Assembly (NCBI GenBank): GCA_963820525.1 | Contig: CAWGAA010000001.1 | Coordinates: 1,440,001 to 1,504,000 of the forward strand | DNA from: an uncultured Spirochaetota bacterium | GTDB lineage: Bacteria; Spirochaetota; Spirochaetia; SZUA-6; Fen-1364 | Reading direction: 5' to 3' | Length of the DNA: 64,000 nucleotides | Shown here: piece after piece, positions 43,568 to 50,843 of the stretch | How positions within the stretch are numbered: the stretch's first letter is position 1 | Layout: every line of letters begins with the position of its first letter | Position numbers and translations under genes: made by a program | Notes under the pieces: model-generated | The model's database searches: none | What the model saw: only the letters and a program-made list of their open reading frames with translations | Told to the model about the DNA's origin: nothing

Positions 43568-44272
43568 ATGAAAGAAAAAAGCGGCTCGCAGAGTATTCTC
43601 GATACTTCACTGCCTGAAACAACGGAAGCGATGCAGCATTACCTCCTGGGTGAATGGGAGGAGGCGAGCGAGGGGTTCAAAAAGCTCATCCAGCGGGATC
43701 CCTCCAATTACTTCTATTATTTTATCCTTGGAGAGATCCTCTACGCCATGGGAGGCCTGGAAGAGGCCGTCCGAAACTACCTCCAGGCTCTGGAGAGAAA
43801 GCCCGATTTCGGCGTGGCCTACTACAAGATGGGGGTCTGCTACTACCGCATGGGCCAGCTGGAGAAGAGCCTGGAAAGCTTTTCCGCCATCCTTTCCATG
43901 AAAGACCAGAGCCATGCCATGGCGAGCTACTTCTTCGGAATCATCAACCTCTTCCTCGGAAACGACGAAGCGGCCGAGAAGGGGTTCAAGATGCTGCGGG
44001 GAGAATCCCGGGAGTCCCTGATCTCCAACTTCTACCTGGCGCTGTTGAAAATGAAGCAGATGCTCTTCGGCGAGGCAGTGGCGCTCCTCGACGAGCTGTT
44101 GAAGGCCACGCCCAACCTCGCCGAGGTCCACTTCATGAAGGGAACCGCCTACATGGCCATGCACAAGAACCTGGAGGCCATTGCCAGCTTCAGGAAGACC
44201 CTCGAGCTCAATCCCAATGACAAGCGGGCCAAGGCGAACATGGAGCTGCTGACTGAAGTGCCGCCGCCGTAA
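43568..44272 (+). CDS. Tetratricopeptide repeat protein
   Basis: About five TPR units (e.g. AYYKMGVCYYRMGQLEKSLESF, FRKTLELNPND); SD GGGAGG. Confidence 0.88.
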   Translation: MKEKSGSQSILDTSLPETTEAMQHYLLGEWEEASEGFKKLIQRDPSNYFYYFILGEILYAMGGLEEAVRNYLQALERKPDFGVAYYKMGVCYYRMGQLEKSLESFSAILSMKDQSHAMASYFFGIINLFLGNDEAAEKGFKMLRGESRESLISNFYLALLKMKQMLFGEAVALLDELLKATPNLAEVHFMKGTAYMAMHKNLEAIASFRKTLELNPNDKRAKANMELLTEVPPP

Positions 44273-44289
44273 TCCGCCGAGACGCCTCT

Positions 44290-44500
44290 TTGGCCGCCTC
44301 AGCGGGTGGAACCGCGCGGTGAGAAACTCGACCGGCAGAATGATGGTCTCCCCGCTCTGGTCTCCCTTGATCATGCGGAAAACGCTCTCCACCGCGGTTT
44401 TTCCCATCCGCTCTATGTCCTGACGAATCGTGGAGAGCGGGGGCATCAGGAGCTCGCCGGGGCGGATGCAACATCCTTGACCCCGATGAGGTCGTGATCG
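44290..44500 (-). pseudogene. Remnant C-terminus of a LacI-family regulator
   Basis: LMPPLSTIRQDIERMGKTAVESVFRMIKG...IILPVEF, with an out-of-frame DLIGVKDV just upstream; no HTH and no start codon. Confidence 0.65.
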
Positions 44501-44608
44501 GCGGCGCGCGGCTCGCCATGGACAGGCTCCCGCTCGGGATGAAGAATCGGGGAGACGCGCAGTGAGGCAGCCGTCGAAAAGGGAGGCATTTCCGTACGGG
44601 AGGAGTCT

Positions 44609-45064
44609 ATGAGCGTGATCGCGCTTGGAAGCGACCATGTCGGGCTCGATTTGAAACGGCTGATCGTCGAATACCTTGTAAGCCGGAAGCTCGAGATACG
44701 GGCCCTGGGATGCACCACCAGCGAGAGGACGGACTACCCGAAATACGCCCTTGATGTCGCACGCGCCGTTGCCGGCGGGGAATGCGAGAAAGGCATCCTG
44801 TTCTGCGGAAGCGGCGTGGGCATGTGCATTGCCGCGAACAAGGTGAGGGGAATCAGGGCGGTCGTATGCAGCGAACCGTACTCCGCGAAGCTCTCAAGGG
44901 CGCACAACAACACCAATATCCTGTGTCTGGGATCGAGGGTTGTCGGATTGGATCTGGCCAAGATGATTGTCGACGAATGGCTCGCCGCCCCCTTCGAGGG
45001 CGGGCGGCACGCCGCCAGGGTGAGGATGATAGACGAGATCGACCCGGATGGCTCGGGAGAATGA
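44609..45064 (+). CDS. rpiB: Ribose-5-phosphate isomerase B
   Basis: GSDHVG, DYP, CGSGVGM, ANKVRGIRA, HNNTN, FEGGRH. Confidence 0.94.
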   Translation: MSVIALGSDHVGLDLKRLIVEYLVSRKLEIRALGCTTSERTDYPKYALDVARAVAGGECEKGILFCGSGVGMCIAANKVRGIRAVVCSEPYSAKLSRAHNNTNILCLGSRVVGLDLAKMIVDEWLAAPFEGGRHAARVRMIDEIDPDGSGE

Positions 45065-45099
45065 GGCTGCTCGAAGACCGCGCAGCCCTATTTTTTTTC

Positions 45100-45128
45100 T
45101 TGACAGCAATGGGAATGTGAGGTATAGT
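45100..45128 (+). promoter_or_regulatory. Promoter TTGACA-N17-TATAGT for the tetR-family gene
   Basis: Near-consensus hexamers with a 17-nt spacer and an upstream T-tract. Confidence 0.8.
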
Positions 45129-45135
45129 CTTTAAC

Positions 45136-45153
45136 ATACCGATCGTTCAGTAT
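45136..45153. promoter_or_regulatory. Putative TetR operator 1 (ATACCGATCGTTCAGTAT)
   Basis: 14/18 identity to the perfect palindrome at 45803-45820; overlaps the expected transcription start. Confidence 0.7.
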
Positions 45154-45165
45154 CCAAGAAAGGGT

Positions 45166-45782
45166 ATGAAATAAAAAAGACAAGCCGAGCGATCCAGAGC
45201 GAACAGACCCGCGAGCGCATCATGGAAGCCGCGACGCGCCTCTTCGCCAGAAAGGGCTACTATGCCACCTCGATTGCGGACCTCTCGGCCTCGGTGGAGG
45301 TTACCAAGGGCGCCCTCTACCACCATTTCGAAAACAAGGAGGCGATATTCTTCGCGGTCATAGAAAAGATACGCACGACGTGGACGAAAATCGTGGCACG
45401 CGACGTTTTGAAGTCACGCGATGCCCTGGAGAGGTTGTCTCGGCTGGTGGACAATCATGCACGCCTCATCGTGGAAAACGAGTCGTTCTGTCTCGTCGTC
45501 AATGCCCTCATGATGGAGATGGATGGTGTAAACCCCGCTTTCCTGTCGGCCCTGTATCAGATCTATATCGAGCTGGCCGGCTTCATCGAACAGATAATCC
45601 GAAAAGGCCAGGATTCCCATCAGATCAGGTCCGACATAGATCCGCGGCTGATGGCCCTTACCACCGTGGGGATGTTGCGGGGCATAGGCTGCTCCAGGCC
45701 CATCTTCCAGCGGATGGACGTCGATTTCCAGGCACTGATGGAAACCTTGAAGAAGGTGCTTATCGCGAGCCTGAAGCCCTGA
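45166..45782 (+). CDS. TetR/AcrR-family regulator (probable 1-bp deletion at 45169-45171; called ORF starts at 45222)
   Basis: LFARKGY..TSIADL...VTKGALYHHFENKEAI; the frame continues upstream as IKKTSRAIQSEQTRERI and one extra A links it to the ATG at 45166. Confidence 0.88.
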
Positions 45783-45802
45783 TTCTTTTCGTCGTTTCTC
45801 AC

Positions 45803-45820
45803 ATACCGGACGTCCGGTAT
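45803..45820. promoter_or_regulatory. Putative TetR operator 2, perfect palindrome ATACCGGACGTCCGGTAT
   Basis: 18-bp perfect inverted repeat between the regulator and the thioesterase gene. Confidence 0.75.
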
Positions 45821-45854
45821 TCTAATTAGCGACATATGCCAGGAGGAAAAAGAA

Positions 45855-46340
45855 ATGGACCTTGAGAACATCGCCTATCTGCCCAGCTATGACGAATGCT
45901 ACGTCTGCGGACAAAACCATCCCCGAGGATTGCGCATCCGCTTCTTCGCGGGCACGGACAATCGGGTGCACGCCCGGTTCCACCCCGACGACACCCAGAC
46001 GGGATACGATGACGTAGTTCATGGCGGCGTCGTGAGCGCTCTTCTGGACGAGCTCATTGGCTGGTCCGTCTCGCTGAAACACCAGCGCATGGCATTTACC
46101 GCCGAGCTGACCGTCCGTTTCATTAAGCCTCTGAGGACCGGCAGGAGCTATCTGGCAACATCCCATATTTCCGGGGGGAAGGGCCGTCTCTGGGAGGCCG
46201 AGGGAAGCGTTGCCGACGAAAACGGAGAGCTCTTCGCGAAGGGACACGGCAAGTACTTCCTTCTTTCAGAGGAGCAGACCTCCGCGGTTTCCCGAAAGAT
46301 GACATACCAAGCCGGCGATATGCCGGTTTTCCACCGCTGA
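45855..46340 (+). CDS. PaaI-family (hot-dog fold) thioesterase
   Basis: CYVCGQNHPRGL, VVHGGVVSALLDE, TAELTVRFIKP; SD AGGAGG. Confidence 0.88.
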   Translation: MDLENIAYLPSYDECYVCGQNHPRGLRIRFFAGTDNRVHARFHPDDTQTGYDDVVHGGVVSALLDELIGWSVSLKHQRMAFTAELTVRFIKPLRTGRSYLATSHISGGKGRLWEAEGSVADENGELFAKGHGKYFLLSEEQTSAVSRKMTYQAGDMPVFHR

Positions 46341-46352
46341 CAAGGAGTCAAA

Positions 46353-48353
46353 ATGGAAGGAACGACGACCGGCACATCCGAAAGCCCTGAGGCCTTCTCC
46401 GAGTTGGAGCGCGCCGTGCGTTCGGCGCTCGAGACCTACAGCAACGTTCACCGCGGCAGCGGCCACAACTCCATGATAACCACCGCCCTGTACGAAGGCG
46501 CTCGGGATGTCGTGATGGATTACCTGGGCTTGAATCACGGCCGGCACACGGTCATCTTCGGCACCCTCAGAAGCGCATCGCGCCTGCGGGCTCGGCTGGA
46601 TCCCGCCGGTTATCGCGTATTGTCCAGCCGGGAGCTCGGCCTGCCGCTCGGGGTTCGGGCAATCACCGTTGAACGCAAAGCCCTGCCGAAAGGGGCGCCG
46701 GATCAGAGCGGCGGCGGCACAGTGAAGATCGTCTCGCCGGGCTCGGCCATCTGGGCCGACGCCCCCGATAGGTTCGAGGCGGGGACTCCCGGCATAGTCA
46801 ATGTCATCGCTTTCGCGAAAGCGCTCCAGCTCACCCGCATCTTCGGCCCTGACGCATTCCAGGCCCGCGGAGAGCGCGACGGAACAGCAGACCGGATCCT
46901 GCATGACGATGAGCAGACTCACCGCTCAGGCCTGGAGCTCCTAGGCGAGCTGCGGGCCGCCGTGATAGGGCGCGATATCCTCGTCCCGACGGCGAATGGC
47001 ATGCGCCGATATGTCAATCTGGACAATGCGGCCAGCACTCCAGCCTTCCTCCCGGTCTGGGACGCGGCACGCCGGACATTGCGCCTGCCCGCTTCGGCGC
47101 GTGGCCCCATGATTGAAAAGGCGCGGGAAATCTGCGCCGACTTCCTGGGCGCTCCGCTCAAGCAGTTCACCATCGTCTTTACCGGGAATGCGACGGAAGC
47201 CATCAACCTCGTAGCGCAAGGCTTTTGCGGCCGGGAGAGCGTGGTGGTGCTCAACACCCTGGCGGAGCACAACTCAAACGAGCTTCCCTGGCGCTTTATC
47301 CCCGGTATCAGCCTGCTGCGGCTGCCGGTTGACAATGACGGGTTCGCGGAGCTGGGCCTCCTGGAGGGATTGCTGGAAGAGCACAATGGAAAACGCGCCC
47401 GCGGGCGCACAAGGATCAGCCTGGTGTCCGTGAGCGGCGCTTCCAACGTGCTGGGGGCCTGCAATGACATCCCGGCCCTGAGCCGGCTGGCGCACCGGTT
47501 TGGAGCGCGCATCCTGGTGGATGCCGCGCAGCTGGTGGCGCACCGCCGCATTTCAATGGAAGAGCTCGGGATCGATTTCCTGGCGTTTTCGGCGCACAAG
47601 ATGTACGCGCCATTCGGAAGCGGGGTGCTCGCGGCAAGGAAGGGCCTTCTTCATTTCGACGCCCGTGAATCCGCCCTGATCGAGGCCTCCGGCGAGGAGA
47701 ACGCCGCGGGCATTGCCGCGCTGGGAAAAGCAATGATTCTGCTACGTCGCGTGGGCATGGACGTCATCGAAGCCGAGGAGCGGAAGCTGACGGCGCTGGC
47801 TCTCGAGGGGCTCGCGCGGATTCGGGGCCTGAAAGTCCATGGCGTGGAAGGCCCTGCATCCTCCGGATTTCGGAGCAAGGCCGGCATCATCGCCTTCGGC
47901 TTCGACAGGGTCCCGCACAATCTTGCGGCCAAGGAGCTTGCCGAGCGCGGGGGAATCGGGGTGCGAACCGGCTGCTTCTGCGCCCATCTCCTTGTCAAGC
48001 GCCTGCTCAAGATACATCCGCTGCGGGCCAAGGCCGCGGACATCGGCATGACTCTTTTTCCCCGGCTCTCAAGCTCACTGCTCCCCGGGTTCGTCCGCGT
48101 GAGCTTCGGCATCGAAAACGACGAAACCGACGTGGACCATTGCATCGGGACCTTGAGCGAAATAGCCCTTGCCCCAAGGATGGCGGCGGACAGGCTGCTC
48201 GCCCGGATGCACAGCGGGACTCCGCGTCTGCCCCGAACCGCGCCTCAGGCAAGCATGGAGATGCTCGCGCAAGGCGCGCTTGGGAGGATCTATTCACCGA
48301 CGGCTCGAACAAGGCGGCAGCGCCAGAGGAGGAAATTCAGATGTTGCGCATGA
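46353..48353 (+). CDS. Class V PLP enzyme (SufS/cysteine desulfurase-like) with a duplicated partial N-terminal module
   Basis: LDNAAST, EHNSN, DAAQ, SAHKMYAPFG and RTGCFCAH in the C-module; YSNVHRG and RFEAGTP only in the N-module. Confidence 0.85.
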   Translation: MEGTTTGTSESPEAFSELERAVRSALETYSNVHRGSGHNSMITTALYEGARDVVMDYLGLNHGRHTVIFGTLRSASRLRARLDPAGYRVLSSRELGLPLGVRAITVERKALPKGAPDQSGGGTVKIVSPGSAIWADAPDRFEAGTPGIVNVIAFAKALQLTRIFGPDAFQARGERDGTADRILHDDEQTHRSGLELLGELRAAVIGRDILVPTANGMRRYVNLDNAASTPAFLPVWDAARRTLRLPASARGPMIEKAREICADFLGAPLKQFTIVFTGNATEAINLVAQGFCGRESVVVLNTLAEHNSNELPWRFIPGISLLRLPVDNDGFAELGLLEGLLEEHNGKRARGRTRISLVSVSGASNVLGACNDIPALSRLAHRFGARILVDAAQLVAHRRISMEELGIDFLAFSAHKMYAPFGSGVLAARKGLLHFDARESALIEASGEENAAGIAALGKAMILLRRVGMDVIEAEERKLTALALEGLARIRGLKVHGVEGPASSGFRSKAGIIAFGFDRVPHNLAAKELAERGGIGVRTGCFCAHLLVKRLLKIHPLRAKAADIGMTLFPRLSSSLLPGFVRVSFGIENDETDVDHCIGTLSEIALAPRMAADRLLARMHSGTPRLPRTAPQASMEMLAQGALGRIYSPTARTRRQRQRRKFRCCA

Positions 48354-48541
48354 AGAGGAATGTCGGCGGGATCGACCGCGGCCTGCGTATTGCAGTGGGC
48401 CTGGCGATCGGCGCCGCGGGTGTCTGGTTCAAGGATTGGGTCGGCCTCATGGGGATCTGGCCCATCCTTACAGCGGTGTTCGGTTTCTGCCCGATGTACG
48501 TGCCCTTCGGGCTCTCGTCGTGCAGGCGCGGGAAAGCGTGA
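48341..48541 (+). CDS. DUF2892 (YgaP-like) small membrane protein
   Basis: KRNVGGIDRGLRI, two TM segments, GFCPMYVPFGLSSC; SD GAGGAGG; alternative ATG at 48350. Confidence 0.85.
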   Translation: MLRMKRNVGGIDRGLRIAVGLAIGAAGVWFKDWVGLMGIWPILTAVFGFCPMYVPFGLSSCRRGKA

Positions 48542-48587
48542 GGGGCTGGCAGCCTTCGCGCCCTCAGGGGCCGTGCGCGAGAGGCTC

Positions 48588-50834
48588 CTACTCTTCGCTC
48601 ACGAATGGAACCGCGTCAGACTGCTCCGCCGCGCGCGCGCCGCTTGCCCCTTCCGCTCCCGTTTGGGCCAGGTACCCCAAATCGCGCGCCCGCTCCGGAT
48701 CTATGCCTTGCGCCTTTGCCAACGCGTTTTGCGCCCCGGCGGGGTCATGCAGCGCATTGTAGGTCCGGGAAATATCGAGCAGGGCGATCAAGGCCATCTG
48801 GGTTTGCGTCTTGCCCTGCGAAGCGAGCGCCGCGAGCGCGGCCTGATAGGAGGAAAGCGCCTTGCGGTAGTCTTTCTGGATGTATAGGACGTTTCCCTGG
48901 TTCACTCGCGCGCTCACGAAAGACGGATCTATGGCAAGGGCCCGCGCAAAAGCCGCTTCCGCCTCGCTGTTGCGGCCGAAGCGCGCCATGGCGATCCCGA
49001 GGTAGTTGTAGTCTTTCTTGTCGCCGCTCGCCTTTGCCGCATTCGCGAGGTCTCCTGTGACGGATTCTCCAAGGCTTGAAAGCTCCTGACGGAAGGGGGC
49101 GACAAGCGCATCGCCCCTGCCGTACTGGAGCCCCAGGTCCAATTCCCGCAGCCCGACAGCGCGGAAGGTTTTCTGCGCAACGCCGGTGAGCGTGAAGCGC
49201 CGCTTGGCCGCCTCTCCATCATACTGCTTCCACAGCTCCGCCCCGCGATGCCAGGCATCCAGGAAACCCTGCTTTCCGATCATGGTGATCTCCACGGGGA
49301 TCCAAAGCTCGCCGTCCAGCGCGATGCTGAGATTCCTGTCCGGCGAGATGTCCCTGAAGTCCCTGGATGACACCTTGGTATTGAAGGCCGCGTAGATGTG
49401 TCCGGGAACAGTGATGAATCCCGTTTCGATACCGGTGGTCTCGAGGAGGCTCGTGAATAGGACGGTGAGGTCGTCGCAATCCCCCGTGCCACGCTTGAGG
49501 GTGTCCCGCGCCAGGTTCACCGAATCGACCATGAGGGCATTGCCCTGGACCTGCGTGAAAGGCGATGTCGGGTCGGACTGGTAGATGATGCCCAGCCGGG
49601 ACAGGGCGACATAGACTTCCGCCGCCGTCTGCAGGGCCCCGTTGAGCGAGGGCAGCATCTGCTGCTTGAGGCTCTGGCGGATGAAGCTCACGTAGTTTCG
49701 AAGAGCCGAATCCGACGGCGTGATGAAGGCTCCCACCTTGCGGTCGTCGTCCCACACGATCGCCGTCTTGTCGTACAGGTCGTAGGAGAGGGAGTGCCGT
49801 TGCTCGACCGGCTTGCCCCTGGAGCGATACTTCACGATGAGCTCGCCCGCAAGGGGAGTCGTGCCCTCGGTGCGAAAGACCTCCTGGTTGAAGGCCGCCA
49901 GCACCCCGATCTCGGTCTCCTGACCCGGGGCAAGGGACGGGATCGTGGTCACGGGGGTGGGCGAATCCATGTAGCCGGGCTGGAAGAAGGAAACCTCGAG
50001 GTCCGTTATGGGGAAGCCCTCCGAGTTTGTCATTTTCACCGTGCCGATCGGGTTCTGCGCATAGTAGCTCTGCATCGCGGCAAAGGCGGGAGGCAGCTTC
50101 TCCGACCCGAAACGCAGGCTCCTGATCGAAGAGGCGGGCGCGTCGGGGTCTTCTCCGAAACGGTAGCCCACGCGGAACCCCAGCCCGAACGAGAACCCGT
50201 CGAACTCGGTCAGGGGGCCAAGGGTGGCAAGATAGCGCACGGATGGACGGATGTCGACGCCGAAGTTGAAGGAGGGCACGAGGCTGATGACGGCCCCGAG
50301 GGAACCCAGGAGATCCAGCGAGCCGACGGCGCCCCCCGATACGAGATTCGGATAGCTGGATTGGGCGAGGCCGCCATAGGCATCCAGCCCGATCTCGAAG
50401 TTCCTGGCAAAACGCCGGGTGTAGGAAAGACCGATCGCGCCGTAGTAGTCCGCGTGGTCCCACTTTCCCGCCCCCGAGGAGCCGGTCTCCGTGAAGGAGA
50501 TGACGCCGCCGCGGACGAAGGGCTGCAGGACGGGCGCGCCGGGAATGGGCACGCGAAGCTCCGCCGCAATGTCCCGTATTCCAAAGCCGGAGGCGAATGA
50601 TGAGAACGCCGTCAAACCCTCGTACTCCGCCCCGATGGAAATGGGAAAGCTGTAGTATTCGTCCAGGTTGATGACTGCTTCTCGTGAGCCCGCGGCGGGG
50701 CCGGCCGCGACGGCGGCCGCGTCAGATTCCGCCCTGGTCTGCGCAGGGGCCGGCGCGCCGCAAAGGATAATAACGATTCCCGCGATTGCGAGGCCCGAAG
50801 CCCCGCCGCAATGGAAATGAACGGTCATGGTCAT
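48588..50834 (-). CDS. Secreted multidomain protein: beta-barrel-like N-terminus, Ig-like region, transglutaminase-like domain, TPR
   Basis: Signal-like N-terminus, amphipathic strands ending GFRVGYRF, GDCDDL...GHIY...VEIT, C-terminal TPRs. Confidence 0.7.
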   Translation of the reverse strand: MTMTVHFHCGGASGLAIAGIVIILCGAPAPAQTRAESDAAAVAAGPAAGSREAVINLDEYYSFPISIGAEYEGLTAFSSFASGFGIRDIAAELRVPIPGAPVLQPFVRGGVISFTETGSSGAGKWDHADYYGAIGLSYTRRFARNFEIGLDAYGGLAQSSYPNLVSGGAVGSLDLLGSLGAVISLVPSFNFGVDIRPSVRYLATLGPLTEFDGFSFGLGFRVGYRFGEDPDAPASSIRSLRFGSEKLPPAFAAMQSYYAQNPIGTVKMTNSEGFPITDLEVSFFQPGYMDSPTPVTTIPSLAPGQETEIGVLAAFNQEVFRTEGTTPLAGELIVKYRSRGKPVEQRHSLSYDLYDKTAIVWDDDRKVGAFITPSDSALRNYVSFIRQSLKQQMLPSLNGALQTAAEVYVALSRLGIIYQSDPTSPFTQVQGNALMVDSVNLARDTLKRGTGDCDDLTVLFTSLLETTGIETGFITVPGHIYAAFNTKVSSRDFRDISPDRNLSIALDGELWIPVEITMIGKQGFLDAWHRGAELWKQYDGEAAKRRFTLTGVAQKTFRAVGLRELDLGLQYGRGDALVAPFRQELSSLGESVTGDLANAAKASGDKKDYNYLGIAMARFGRNSEAEAAFARALAIDPSFVSARVNQGNVLYIQKDYRKALSSYQAALAALASQGKTQTQMALIALLDISRTYNALHDPAGAQNALAKAQGIDPERARDLGYLAQTGAEGASGARAAEQSDAVPFVSEE

Positions 50835-50843
50835 CCTCCTCGA

